Shown here: piece by piece, positions 38,001-48,559 of the stretch | Layout of the letters: each line of letters begins with the position of its first letter | Position numbering within the stretch: position 1 is the first letter of the stretch | Source: a candidate division WOR-3 bacterium | Lineage (GTDB): Bacteria > Hydrothermota > Hydrothermia > B15-G9 | Assembly: GCA_015489175.1 (NCBI GenBank) | Contig: WGAI01000053.1 | Span: forward strand, 9,519 to 73,518 | Direction of reading: 5' to 3' | Length of the DNA stretch: 64,000 nt | Notes under the pieces: generated by a model | Databases searched by the model: none | Told to the model about the DNA's origin: nothing | Seen by the model: the letters and a program-made list of their open reading frames with translations, nothing else | Position numbers and translations under genes: made by a program

Positions 38001-39473
38001 ATGCGATACATCAGGATTACCCTTGTGTTGCTGATGTTTATGTATATCAAGACAGCTCTTGCTCAGACTTCGTTTCCGAGGATGCATGGACTTCCAGTTG
38101 ATAACTACGGCGAAGAGTTGGTATGGAGCGAGTTTCGGGAAGCGTTTCTCGCAGTAGATTCATCTAACGCACTTGATGTCAAACTTTTTGACATGATAAA
38201 AGGATATGCGAACGACGGTTTCTGTTTCGGGATGTCGCTTCTTGCAGGTGCTGTGTATGTAGAAGACGGTTACATGGGGCTGTGTAAACCGCTTGGCTCT
38301 TACGCTGTAGCCGATTCGACGACCAGTGGCAATGACACCCTGACCCCGTTCTGGCCCGTGTTCAAACACGCATATCATGTGTTATGGGCACGCCAGTTCA
38401 GCCAGCCAATGGTCAGGCAAATAGCGGAACTCATATCCAGTGGCGATTTCCAGAACGCAACAGGGACATTCAACAAAGTGGAATCTTACCTATCAGGAAA
38501 TGAAATACCGGTTGTATTGATAAGCGAATCGCTGGCGGTATCAGGCGTAACACCAAGTCTGGGAGGAATGCACGCTGTGCTCGCATACAAAACCGAGAAG
38601 GACGGAACCACATGGAAAATACATGTATATGACCCTTCAAGACCATACATTTCCAATCAGGATTTCTACCGACATGGCCAGAACATCATAACCATAAATT
38701 CGACATCATCCACATCATGGAGTTACCCGGGGCCGAACGGCAATGTATGGAGCGGATTTATATACACAGTTCCTGGAATCAGGCTTCTGGTGCCATCGAC
38801 TAACCCTCTCTTGATCTCCAACCTCGCTGAATCCGTGGCGAAGATTGTGGTAAACGGCTGCGAGATAACGGATGTGGAGACAGGAGACGAAGCGGCCGAT
38901 AAAACCATGTTGTTCCCAATGGATTTCTTCTCGTCTGACAGCACACGCCATTTTTATCTGTTAACCAGCCCCACAGACAGCAATTACAAGCTGAAACTCA
39001 AAAGCCACGGCTCTTACGATATATTGATTGCAGGCAACGGGGGAGTGGCAGAAATACAGGCGAGCGGTGCAAGCAGTGATGAGCTGATCTCGGTGTCCGG
39101 CTTGAAGAGCGGGGCAATTCAGGTCGAGATAACATCTTCCAGCAAAAACGCAGAGTATGTCATAGACATCCACAAAGTAATATCACCCAAACACCTAAAC
39201 ACCTTCACAATAAGGCCTGAGACCATGACCGAAGGCGGCTCCCTCATCGCAGGTATAACTCCCGACGGCAAGCTAAAACTGAGATCATCGTTGCCGCAGA
39301 ACATAACTGTGACCTATGAGGAATATGAAGACGGAAATATCAACAAGCAGCCATCGGCACACCTCGTCCTTGTGCCGAAAGACATCCTTACGGTTGCACC
39401 GTCAAAGGACGATAACGACCACCTGATGGTGCAGAGTCAACATGGGAGGGCCAAACTATGGGCAGAAAACTAA
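38001..39473 (+). CDS. Secreted protein with putative N-terminal papain-fold cysteine peptidase domain
   Basis: Signal peptide ...YIKTALAQ. Candidate Cys (NDGFCFGMSLLAG) and His (GGMHAVLAYK...WKIHVYDPS) follow the order and local pattern of papain-like enzymes. The C-terminal half is beta-rich and Ig-like. RBS AGGAGG 8 nt before ATG 38001. Confidence 0.45.
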   Translation: MRYIRITLVLLMFMYIKTALAQTSFPRMHGLPVDNYGEELVWSEFREAFLAVDSSNALDVKLFDMIKGYANDGFCFGMSLLAGAVYVEDGYMGLCKPLGSYAVADSTTSGNDTLTPFWPVFKHAYHVLWARQFSQPMVRQIAELISSGDFQNATGTFNKVESYLSGNEIPVVLISESLAVSGVTPSLGGMHAVLAYKTEKDGTTWKIHVYDPSRPYISNQDFYRHGQNIITINSTSSTSWSYPGPNGNVWSGFIYTVPGIRLLVPSTNPLLISNLAESVAKIVVNGCEITDVETGDEAADKTMLFPMDFFSSDSTRHFYLLTSPTDSNYKLKLKSHGSYDILIAGNGGVAEIQASGASSDELISVSGLKSGAIQVEITSSSKNAEYVIDIHKVISPKHLNTFTIRPETMTEGGSLIAGITPDGKLKLRSSLPQNITVTYEEYEDGNINKQPSAHLVLVPKDILTVAPSKDDNDHLMVQSQHGRAKLWAEN

Positions 39474-42400
39474 GATTTATAGGGCTTATCATTTTGATGG
39501 CAAGCAGTTTGTCGGCACAATGGAGGATTAACCTCTTCGTTAACCCCCACCCTCCGCGCAGGATAAGTGAGTGGAGAAAAACATCGGGCATAGTCTCGCT
39601 AACAGTCACATATCAGGGGCCTGGCACCAAAACAGCTTTCCTAAGGGCTGAAATAAGAGGCGCCAGAGCCGGACAAATACTGACGGGACAGTCAAATCCA
39701 ATAACTTTCCCTTCTGGTGTGCCCGTCCCCATCGATAACCCAAGAATGGTGGACTGGGACAATGTTGATTTTTCGGAAAGATTCAGGGAAATTCTTGCAA
39801 GGACAGGCTCCTTGCCGGCTGACAATTACGAGATATGCGTCTCCGTTTTTGAGAGGGAATCCAGCAGGCCATCGGCACAACAATGCGCCTCATTCGAGAT
39901 AATATCTCCCTCTCCCCCGCATCTTCTTACCCCTGAAAACATGGACACCGTATCGTTGAGGAACCTCACATTCAGATGGACACCTGTCAGGACATATCCG
40001 CCGACCGTGCCGCGCTATCGAATAAGGGTATGGCGGGTCTATCCGCGCGACAACATCAAGATGGCGTTACGCCGTCCCCCGGTGATCGACGATGTGGTAT
40101 CGTCCACTATGTATATGCTGCCATTGAGGAGACGGAGTTTACAGGTGGGAGCCAGATATATCTGGGCTGTGCAGGCTATTGACGAAGCGGGTAACCCCAT
40201 AGGTCAAAACAACGGCATGAGCGAGACATGGGTTTTCGTCGTTGGAGGCAGAACAGTAACGCCGAGGTTGCCCCACACTCTAAAAATTGGCCACTTCATT
40301 GTCTCTGTTAGCTCATTCGATGCTGGTTCAAGGATAAGTTCTCTCAGCGGATCAGGTAGGTCATTTTTCTACGATGAAAGCACCGGCAGCAGAGTTGGGT
40401 TCGATGTTGATTTCACAGGACTTGTAGGTGGAACTCAACACGGAGATACACTAATCATAACACGAGGCATGGCGACATCAAACATGTCATCGCCAATCCA
40501 GATAACGGTCGCTGGTTTTAAACTTCACATAAGCAGTGTGACCCTTACACCAGATTCAGCCACAGCTCAACTCTATATGACACACCCATGTCTCTACGAT
40601 ACTGGGAGCCCCGATCCGTGGCAGCTTGGGCCGTTCCAGACAGTTATAGATACCGACGGCGCGTTCATTCAAAGAATTGACGGTTCAAACCTCGAGCCGT
40701 TCAGGATGGCCGATCTGGACATCTATTTCAGGCCAACAGGCGACATCCTCATCGATATGGCGGCAAGGGCGCTGTCATCAGGCTCTTCCAGCACAGGCGG
40801 CGACACCACGGGGAGTAGCTCCGGCAGTTCAGGCAGTTCTGGAGGCGGTTCAGGCGGTGGTTCGCTCACTCCTTTCCCCGGCAGAGTGATAAATCCGGGC
40901 ACCGTGCCACATATCTCGCCGGGCAACCTGACACCACCCGGTCCTACTGGGCCGATAATAAACGGCATACCCGGTCTGGAGGTGTGGCGTGGGATTATCT
41001 TCTACGGCGGGCACACCATCGAGCGCCCAGAAATGAGATATTCGAATACAGGCTACCTTTACGGAGAATACTCGTTCTCAATGGCGGTGCTGACGGATTC
41101 AGGCCTGACCGTGACGCTTGAAGAGCTTGCAAATCCGTGGGATTTCACCACTGTCTCTCCTTACGGTTTCAGGTTCAGCCTCAACGACGGCAGGCTGGAG
41201 ATACAACACTGCAATGTGAAAAGCGGCCACATAAGTGGTGTGGTTAAAATGCCATACGGTGAAAATGGGGTGCAGGATGAGAACGGGGATACGCTTGCTG
41301 CCGAGTTCGATTCGCTGTCAGTCGATTCCACGCTTACATTCGCAGGGTCGGCACACCTCTCAAGCCGTTACATCTCATGGGGGCAGTTTAAGTTATTCCA
41401 CAAACGGGATGTAAACCTCAGGTTTACAGGGGAACCGCGGCAGTATTACCTACTCGCAAAAGGCGACTCCTTCACTTTGTATCCGCATTTAGACACACTC
41501 GTGGGTATGATTTTGAGAGTCAGGCATTATGATTCGCTGTTTATCTACACTCCAGACTTACCAAATCCTATGGACATCAAGCACAGTGCGCTGACAGGGT
41601 GGTTGGTCCTTGATGAACAGGGACTTACTGGCAGGATATGGGTGGAGGAGAAAGGAGGATCATACTTCGCAGGCGAATTCGGCAGGCCGGGCAAGCCGGG
41701 CTACAAATCGGATTCGACCTTTAACCTGAGGTTCAATGTCAATCAGCGAGACAGCATGGATTTTTACATCGAATTTGCTGGAAACTCGACATTCGACGCC
41801 CGATTTGACGGAATCGTGAACGAGATACCTTACCCAACTGCCATCGGTTTCCAGTTCAGACACATGAACATCACCTCGACAGCTGAATTCATCGGCGGCA
41901 AAATCCATTTCGAGCAGCCGGAAACGCTTGCTTACTGGGGTGTTGCAATGGATTGCAAGACCGGCTACCTGAGCATCAGGAGCGGCGAGGCTATCTTCAC
42001 AAACGCCAATATTTCCGAAACGGTTCACTTCAGCAGTCCGTTCAACATCATCTGGTCCGAAATAGCTGCCGATGGAAACCTGAAGAGGATGGATTTCAAC
42101 CAGAACTCGGCATATCAGAAGTTCGATGGGTTTGCCATAACTCTCGATTCAGCTGGTCTTTCGCAATACCGTCCCCATGACAAATTGGGCGCGCTTGTCG
42201 TCAGGTCTTACATACATTTTGACTTCTTCGGCCAATCAGACACACTGGTAACTGTGTATGACTACAAGGACACAACTCACACAGCAAAGCCATATTACGG
42301 CAGGAATGTAAGGATAGATTCACCAGCTGTCTTCGGGCTCAGACGGAGATGGGGCAACGGGCTTGCGGACTTCAATTTGGACAGTGTGACTTACGATGTT

Positions 42401-43474
42401 GCGAAACAATACGGCTTCCTTGGCGCTGGTCAGTTCTCGATCCAGTATCTTGACAGGAGCCTCTACATGGCTGGAGACCTCAAGAGCGAGGGAACACGGC
42501 TCTGCATAGCGGATTCAGCACATGTTACCACGGTTGATATGGGAGCGACAGCCGTGACAGCAATAAGGGACATCTGGGGATGCGCATTTATTAAAGGAGA
42601 TGAGCTGAAGAGGATTGTCATTGGCGGCTCGATAACGAGCTCAGCGGTTTCAACGGTTATCGTGTCAGCTGGAGCTACAGGACGCTTGACACTGGCGATT
42701 TCCCCCACCGTATCGAAACTGATCATAGAGGGGCGATATGAATTCAAGAGCATCGTAAATGGTGTGGAAATGGACGCTTACTCGAGGCTGGTGTATAACC
42801 GCGGCGAGCATTACCTCGAAGGTGACATCTATGGGATGTTCAATCTCGGCGGGGGATTGCCGATAGGATCCGCCCACACAATGGTTTACGGCAGATTCAC
42901 ATTCCACATGGGGGTTGATTACACCTCCGTTCAAGGTGAAGGCAGCATAGACTTCAACTGGTCGCAGTTAGAGCTATCTCTATCCCTTACATCCGGTGGT
43001 GCACTTGGCGTAAAAGGTGGATTTTTCGTAGGTGTGAATGTCCCGAAGAACAAAGCATGGATTCTCACTCACAGGAATGGCCGATTTGGTGTGAACATGG
43101 CCAATTTGCCCGCAACTCTGACAGGCTTCTACACCTACACCGACATAAAAACTGATTTCGACATAGGACTGTTCGGAGGCGGTGCCGAGGTATTCCTCGG
43201 CATGGGAGCCATGACAAACGGTGTGGGCTCTGCCTCGGCATGCGGAGGCCTTCCGCTTCCCTATGTGATAGGCGATCTTGGAATTTACCTGTATGGCGAA
43301 ATTCTGTGGGGGTTGGTATCTGCATCAGGGACATTTGAGGGGCAATTCATCGGCCCATGTCCATTCGCGATCGAAGGCACAATCAGACTTGAAGGATGCG
43401 TCGCATGGGTTCTCTGTGCTGAAGTCGGGCTCACCGTCGGCGTGAGCAGCCAAAGGGGGTTTTACATTGAATAG
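39458..43474 (+). CDS. Giant (1338 aa) secreted protein of unknown function with internal Gly/Ser-rich linker
   Basis: Signal peptide MGRKLRFIGLIILMASSLSAQ. No motifs recognised. Overlaps the upstream gene by 16 nt and the downstream gene by 8 nt. Confidence 0.5.
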   Translation: MGRKLRFIGLIILMASSLSAQWRINLFVNPHPPRRISEWRKTSGIVSLTVTYQGPGTKTAFLRAEIRGARAGQILTGQSNPITFPSGVPVPIDNPRMVDWDNVDFSERFREILARTGSLPADNYEICVSVFERESSRPSAQQCASFEIISPSPPHLLTPENMDTVSLRNLTFRWTPVRTYPPTVPRYRIRVWRVYPRDNIKMALRRPPVIDDVVSSTMYMLPLRRRSLQVGARYIWAVQAIDEAGNPIGQNNGMSETWVFVVGGRTVTPRLPHTLKIGHFIVSVSSFDAGSRISSLSGSGRSFFYDESTGSRVGFDVDFTGLVGGTQHGDTLIITRGMATSNMSSPIQITVAGFKLHISSVTLTPDSATAQLYMTHPCLYDTGSPDPWQLGPFQTVIDTDGAFIQRIDGSNLEPFRMADLDIYFRPTGDILIDMAARALSSGSSSTGGDTTGSSSGSSGSSGGGSGGGSLTPFPGRVINPGTVPHISPGNLTPPGPTGPIINGIPGLEVWRGIIFYGGHTIERPEMRYSNTGYLYGEYSFSMAVLTDSGLTVTLEELANPWDFTTVSPYGFRFSLNDGRLEIQHCNVKSGHISGVVKMPYGENGVQDENGDTLAAEFDSLSVDSTLTFAGSAHLSSRYISWGQFKLFHKRDVNLRFTGEPRQYYLLAKGDSFTLYPHLDTLVGMILRVRHYDSLFIYTPDLPNPMDIKHSALTGWLVLDEQGLTGRIWVEEKGGSYFAGEFGRPGKPGYKSDSTFNLRFNVNQRDSMDFYIEFAGNSTFDARFDGIVNEIPYPTAIGFQFRHMNITSTAEFIGGKIHFEQPETLAYWGVAMDCKTGYLSIRSGEAIFTNANISETVHFSSPFNIIWSEIAADGNLKRMDFNQNSAYQKFDGFAITLDSAGLSQYRPHDKLGALVVRSYIHFDFFGQSDTLVTVYDYKDTTHTAKPYYGRNVRIDSPAVFGLRRRWGNGLADFNLDSVTYDVAKQYGFLGAGQFSIQYLDRSLYMAGDLKSEGTRLCIADSAHVTTVDMGATAVTAIRDIWGCAFIKGDELKRIVIGGSITSSAVSTVIVSAGATGRLTLAISPTVSKLIIEGRYEFKSIVNGVEMDAYSRLVYNRGEHYLEGDIYGMFNLGGGLPIGSAHTMVYGRFTFHMGVDYTSVQGEGSIDFNWSQLELSLSLTSGGALGVKGGFFVGVNVPKNKAWILTHRNGRFGVNMANLPATLTGFYTYTDIKTDFDIGLFGGGAEVFLGMGAMTNGVGSASACGGLPLPYVIGDLGIYLYGEILWGLVSASGTFEGQFIGPCPFAIEGTIRLEGCVAWVLCAEVGLTVGVSSQRGFYIE
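40774..40866 (+). repeat. Low-complexity Gly/Ser/Thr-rich linker inside the 1338-aa secreted protein
   Basis: Encodes SSGSSSTGGDTTGSSSGSSGSSGGGSGGGS. Confidence 0.6.
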
Positions 43475-45674
43475 AAAGATATTACTCACGGCAATTTTAC
43501 TGGTTGCATCGCTCCCGAAAGCAGCGGGAGCCACCGGAAGCACCACAAAATTGGTTGCCGATACAAAAGGCAACAAAGTGGTGCTCATCTGGAATCACTC
43601 AGGACCTTATATCGGATACAACATATATCGGAAAGGAAGCGGTGGTAAATACACAAAACTCAATCCCGCTCCAATAAGAACCGTGACATCATGCAGGACG
43701 ATTCAGAGGATCATCTCGCCCGGAACGCCGGATTGGGAGAAACTGCATAGCCTTTCGATAAAACCGTGCTCTATTCCGGACATAATACAAAATGACACTT
43801 TGAAGAGGAAAATGTTACTTGCACTTGCTTACACCGGGATGTATAGGATAGCCCGTGTTATTGGAATTGGATACATCGACCCGCACCCAGGAATTGGGAA
43901 CACTTACAGTTATGCGTTGACCGGAGTTCTCAGGGGAGGTTCAGAAACACACTTCCTTGATTCTGTCACGGTGACGGTTGGTTCTCCGGTTGTGCCACCT
44001 GCCCCCACGCATGTTGAGGCCTACCCCGGAGACAACAAGGTGATGGTCAGATGGACACCTGTGGAAAACGCCACTGGATACATAGTGGAGCGCAGGACAG
44101 GAGCAGGCTCTTATGTCCGTGTGAACGAGGCCATGATGATGACGAAGTGCACCGAGACGCCTTTCGGGCAGCCGCTCCCGGATTCTTCAAAGCTTTGTTT
44201 CACGGATCACCTCAGGTGGTCAGGCTCGGAGCCGGATAGCCACAATGTCGATGGTGTGTGGGTAAAGGGCCCGTTCAACGGAATAACCTACCAATACAGG
44301 GTTCGCGCCGTCACGATACTTGGCAACAACGGCTCGCCAAGCTCGCCTGTCTCGGCCACACCTGTGGACTCCACGCCGCCTCAGGCTCCTGAAGACATAC
44401 ATGTAACTACAGTGGGCGAGAGTCTCCGAGTTTCGTGGGAGAAAATCGAGCAGGACATAAACTACCATAAAGAGCTTCAGGGGATTTCAGGCTATAGACT
44501 TTACAGATACACATCAGCGGAAGATACAAACGGCGTGTTTGTGGCAACTGTGCCGCAGCCAGCCGGCAGCACGACGATGCAGGTTACATATCTTGACAAC
44601 ACACCGGGACTGGGTTCACCTCACGGGGACAGAGTTTATTACTACCGTATAGTTACAGTGGATAATAACGGAAACAAGAGCACTTACAGCGCACCTGTTA
44701 ACGGGATTGTAAAGGACATAACTCCTCCCGATCCTCCAACTAATATTGAGGCAGTGGGATACACTGATTACATAGTGGTGCACTGGAGGAAGCCACATGC
44801 TCCCGATGTCGCGGGATATCAGATTTATCGGGGCATTTGCAGTGATACTTTGATAAAAAACGAAAGGAGGATAGTTTACCCGCTACACCTGATTGCAACA
44901 GTGGATGATGCCGATTCACTGGTTTACGCTGATCACGGATTGCCCAAGGGGTCGCCACTGTGTTACCGCTATGCGGTCAGGGCGATAGACAAAAGTCAAA
45001 ATGTCAGCGACACAGCTAACACTTACTGCGAAAAACTGCGTGAAAGGGTCGCTCCCCCACCTCCTGAGATAATAGGCCTGAAAGCTCGGAATAAAGCCGT
45101 GCTTGTTCAATGGGTTTCAGCCCCTGTGCAGGATCTTTTTGGATTTGTAGTTGAGAGAAAGGACTCATCGGGCTCATGGGTTCGCGTCTCTCCTGAGCTG
45201 CACTTCCCCGATAAGCCAACATGCGCAGACATTCAGGCCAATTCGATATGGGCACCGGACACGGTCTATTCGTTCCTCGATACCGGTGTTGTGGCAAAAG
45301 TCGAATACACATATCGTGTTCGGGGTGCAGATTTCGATGGGAATATTGGCGAACCATCAACAGAAGTTTCCACCTATACCTACGATTTCAAACATCCCAT
45401 GAGACCGCTTATAACATCGGTTACATCGACAGGAACTGGCATTCGGCTTCAGTGGGAACCCCTCTTCTCGCCTTCCGAACATGAGGGATTTGTAGTTTTT
45501 CGTTCAAAGTCATCGCACGGCCCATTCTATCAGATAAGCGGTCTCATAAAAGGTAGCGCTTTTATAGACAAGAATGTCATTCATGGCCAGACTTTCTGGT
45601 ATAAAGTCCAGCTGATAGACAAGAGTGGAAACAGATCGGTGCCATCACCCGCAAGGTATGGCCAGCTACCATAA
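43467..45674 (+). CDS. Secreted multi-fibronectin-type-III-domain protein (735 aa)
   Basis: Signal peptide. At least 5 FN3-like repeats (...PPAPTHVEAYPGDNKVMVRWTPVENATGYIVERR...; ...PQAPEDIHVTTVGESLRVSWEKI...). Confidence 0.55.
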   Translation: MNRKILLTAILLVASLPKAAGATGSTTKLVADTKGNKVVLIWNHSGPYIGYNIYRKGSGGKYTKLNPAPIRTVTSCRTIQRIISPGTPDWEKLHSLSIKPCSIPDIIQNDTLKRKMLLALAYTGMYRIARVIGIGYIDPHPGIGNTYSYALTGVLRGGSETHFLDSVTVTVGSPVVPPAPTHVEAYPGDNKVMVRWTPVENATGYIVERRTGAGSYVRVNEAMMMTKCTETPFGQPLPDSSKLCFTDHLRWSGSEPDSHNVDGVWVKGPFNGITYQYRVRAVTILGNNGSPSSPVSATPVDSTPPQAPEDIHVTTVGESLRVSWEKIEQDINYHKELQGISGYRLYRYTSAEDTNGVFVATVPQPAGSTTMQVTYLDNTPGLGSPHGDRVYYYRIVTVDNNGNKSTYSAPVNGIVKDITPPDPPTNIEAVGYTDYIVVHWRKPHAPDVAGYQIYRGICSDTLIKNERRIVYPLHLIATVDDADSLVYADHGLPKGSPLCYRYAVRAIDKSQNVSDTANTYCEKLRERVAPPPPEIIGLKARNKAVLVQWVSAPVQDLFGFVVERKDSSGSWVRVSPELHFPDKPTCADIQANSIWAPDTVYSFLDTGVVAKVEYTYRVRGADFDGNIGEPSTEVSTYTYDFKHPMRPLITSVTSTGTGIRLQWEPLFSPSEHEGFVVFRSKSSHGPFYQISGLIKGSAFIDKNVIHGQTFWYKVQLIDKSGNRSVPSPARYGQLP

Positions 45675-45690
45675 GAAACGGAGATGAAAA

Positions 45691-47268
45691 ATGATTGCTT
45701 TACTAACAAAAGCGTTCCTGATAGCCACTGTTGAGCTTGGCCCGGTTGGATTTAGCGGAAACGCTCAATTCATGTTCGAATACGATACGCTAACTGGCGT
45801 GACCCAGACTGCACCTGCGCTGATGGCAAGATGGCAGTTTAACCCATCGATCAGCTTCTACGGACTTCCGATATCGCTCAATCTGTCGCTTTCATCGGTA
45901 AAAAACGGCTTTCTGAATCAGCTTGAGGCGTGGACACTGACATTCGAGCCACAAAAGATGCTATCCTACATGCCGTCTCTCCCCGGTTTCCTTTTCTCGT
46001 TTCCGATGATTTCTTTTGGCAACACAAACCCAGAATTCTCATCACTCACACTCTACGGCACTTCAGTTGACGGATTTACGGTTAAATATTCGCCAGGTAA
46101 GTTCTACATAGCGCTTACACGAGGAAAATTAACCCAGGTGGATTCTGTCCTTGGAGAAGTTTATCCGAGGCGGGTTCTCGGCTACAAAGTGGGGGTTGGG
46201 GCGCCTGACGGCGCCCACCTCCACTTAACCTATGCCCATTTCTTAGACGACACGACAGGATTTTCCATATCCGATTCCAATCCACCGCGCGAAAATTTCA
46301 TTATGGGGTTAAACATGGGGATGAATTTGAAACACATGCATCTGCAAGCTGAAATAGCAGGCAGTGAGGTCACGGATGACATCAGGGATTCCATTATCGA
46401 AGTAGAAAAAATGCCCCAATTCCTGATCAAACAATTCAAGCCGCGTGTGTCCACGCATGCGGATTATGCAGCTCGTGTAAGAATAGCATCTAAGATCAAG
46501 GGCACATCTTTCAAGGTTTACGGCCAATATGTCGGCCCTGGCTATGAATCATTTGGAACGGCCATTCTGAAAAACGATGCAATCGAGTATGGCGCTGAAT
46601 TCAGGACGGCTATGTTGCACGGTATGGTCTCGCTCGGCGGGAACTATCGGACGAGCAAGGATAATATCCTTGGGATAAAGGGGATAACCACGCAAAACAC
46701 CATTTACCACATCGACATCAGCGTGGCGCCTCCGAATTTGCCATTTTTGCAACTCTCACTGGATCAGACATCGCAAATGGTAGAGGACACTGCCAGTTTT
46801 ACAAGCAGGATGATAATGGCATCGGCTGGCTATCCTTACATAATCAGGAACATGAGCCTGTTCTCTCAACTATCGCTAAGCTATCAGAACTCTGACACAC
46901 CGGATACCCTTTATCATGCGCAATCTTATGGCCTCATAACGGTTTCCCAATCACTTGCATTCAAATTCCCGCTTACGCTCTCAGCCACCATGACATACGG
47001 TAAATTCAAATCTGACACCATGCAGATGAACAGGTCAACCTTCGATTTCTCAGCGAGTTACACTGTAAAGAAATTTATGCCAGTTGCTGGCGTATCTTAT
47101 TCGTCATCAGACGATGAAAACAGAACTAACCTGTATCTCCGTGCATCTTATAGGCCAGGTTGGGATGTCACAATATCAAGTTCACTTCTCTATGGCATGG
47201 GCAACAAATCCGGAAGCGGGTCGTTCTCCGAAAAGAAATTTACCTTTTTGATTGGAAAAACATGGTAG
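45691..47268 (+). CDS. Hypothetical beta-rich protein, candidate outer-membrane beta-barrel
   Basis: 525 aa. Alternating hydrophobic beta-strand pattern. C-terminal ...FLIGKTW (aromatic terminus). No clear signal peptide at the annotated start. Confidence 0.35.
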   Translation: MIALLTKAFLIATVELGPVGFSGNAQFMFEYDTLTGVTQTAPALMARWQFNPSISFYGLPISLNLSLSSVKNGFLNQLEAWTLTFEPQKMLSYMPSLPGFLFSFPMISFGNTNPEFSSLTLYGTSVDGFTVKYSPGKFYIALTRGKLTQVDSVLGEVYPRRVLGYKVGVGAPDGAHLHLTYAHFLDDTTGFSISDSNPPRENFIMGLNMGMNLKHMHLQAEIAGSEVTDDIRDSIIEVEKMPQFLIKQFKPRVSTHADYAARVRIASKIKGTSFKVYGQYVGPGYESFGTAILKNDAIEYGAEFRTAMLHGMVSLGGNYRTSKDNILGIKGITTQNTIYHIDISVAPPNLPFLQLSLDQTSQMVEDTASFTSRMIMASAGYPYIIRNMSLFSQLSLSYQNSDTPDTLYHAQSYGLITVSQSLAFKFPLTLSATMTYGKFKSDTMQMNRSTFDFSASYTVKKFMPVAGVSYSSSDDENRTNLYLRASYRPGWDVTISSSLLYGMGNKSGSGSFSEKKFTFLIGKTW

Positions 47269-47303
47269 GCACATCAAAAATTAGGGGGATGGACATAAAT
47301 TTC

Positions 47304-47332
47304 TTGACACCATTATATCCCACAGGTAATAT
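47304..47332 (+). promoter_or_regulatory. Near-consensus sigma70-type promoter (TTGACA-17-TAATAT) for the Lpp-like lipoprotein gene
   Basis: TTGACA at 47304-47309, a 17-nt spacer, and TAATAT at 47327-47332. RBS AGGAGG precedes ATG 47366. Confidence 0.6.
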
Positions 47333-47365
47333 TTAGTCACCAAAAACCAAACAGGAGGTTTTGTT

Positions 47366-47668
47366 ATGAGGAAAGTATGGATAGTCATGGCGATTGCTGG
47401 CGGGCTTGTGCTTGCAGCGTCATGCAATTCCGGAAAGGTGAAAGAGCTTGAGCAGCAGGTTACACAGCTTCAGGATCAGGTTACAACCCTTCAGGACAGT
47501 ATTCAGATGCTGAACTCTGTGATCGATTCTCTGAACGCTGAGCTTGCTGCCGCTCAGGCACCTGAGATGAAGACACAGAGCGTCAAAAAACAACAGAGCA
47601 GTTATAAACCCAAGAAACCTGCTCAGTCCAGCAAACCTGCTCCTCCACCCAAAGTTGGTGGAAGGTGA
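47366..47668 (+). CDS. Small coiled-coil lipoprotein (Lpp/Braun-like architecture)
   Basis: Lipobox LVLAASC. Heptad coiled coil LEQQVTQLQDQVTTLQDSIQMLNSVIDSLNAELAAAQA. Basic Pro/Lys-rich tail. It has its own strong sigma70-like promoter. Confidence 0.55.
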   Translation: MRKVWIVMAIAGGLVLAASCNSGKVKELEQQVTQLQDQVTTLQDSIQMLNSVIDSLNAELAAAQAPEMKTQSVKKQQSSYKPKKPAQSSKPAPPPKVGGR

Positions 47669-47702
47669 TAGGTGAGCTGAATCCCCAACAGGAGGGAAGG
47701 AT

Positions 47703-48533
47703 ATGAAAAAATACACAAGATTTGTAGCAATATTGATGGTTGTGGCTGGAGTTGCCTTCTTTGCAGGATGCCCCGCACCTGTTACGAACATCGAGCCACC
47801 GGCATCACTTTCGATATCAGCTGATAACACGGGCACACGGGTCGTGCTCACATGGGAAGCATCCCCGACAGAGGACATCGATGGCTATATTGTTTACTTT
47901 AAGCCTATTAACGGCACTTTCGCCCCAATAGATACCCTCGAGGCAACTGAGACTCAGTATGAGGTTGACCCTCAGGGAACGGCTGGCGAGTATCATGTCA
48001 CAGCTTACAAAGGAGATAACGAGAGTGACCCAACTGATAATGTAAGCACTATCCCCTATCATACAGCTGCCGTCGAAGTTTATGAGCTTAACGGCGCAGG
48101 ATCAAGCGGTTATGGTTGGGATAGAACAACGGGAAGCGGCTCAGCATATCCTATGAGCCAGGCCAGCAGCGCAGATAATGTTGACTTTTACATAACCAAC
48201 TTCGCCGCTGGATATACTGTGGTACCTTATTATCTGGCTTCGCCAGATGTCAGTCAGGCTTCTTCTGACAGCTCCATTGTGCCATCAGCAAATTGGAGAG
48301 TCAACGGAATTAAACATGTCACAAACGAGGAAGCCAACTCGGTGCTCCCTGCCGCTGGAAATTATGTGAACTACGAGGAACTCATAGGCAACAGCTATTA
48401 CGGTGTTCACACCGAAGATGGCTACTTCGGGCTTGTTTACACAAATGGCGTGCCCAACACAAGCAATGGCACCCAGAATATCGAGACATGGTTCCAGCTG
48501 GTTCAGGGTCTGAGGCTCATCAACCACCAGTAG
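47703..48533 (+). CDS. Lipoprotein with FN3-like domain
   Basis: Lipobox FFAGC. FN3-like segment ...TRVVLTWEASPTEDIDGYIVYFKP.... Followed by a strong terminator. Confidence 0.5.
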   Translation: MKKYTRFVAILMVVAGVAFFAGCPAPVTNIEPPASLSISADNTGTRVVLTWEASPTEDIDGYIVYFKPINGTFAPIDTLEATETQYEVDPQGTAGEYHVTAYKGDNESDPTDNVSTIPYHTAAVEVYELNGAGSSGYGWDRTTGSGSAYPMSQASSADNVDFYITNFAAGYTVVPYYLASPDVSQASSDSSIVPSANWRVNGIKHVTNEEANSVLPAAGNYVNYEELIGNSYYGVHTEDGYFGLVYTNGVPNTSNGTQNIETWFQLVQGLRLINHQ

Positions 48534-48559
48534 AACTTTAGCTGAAACGATAAGCACAG

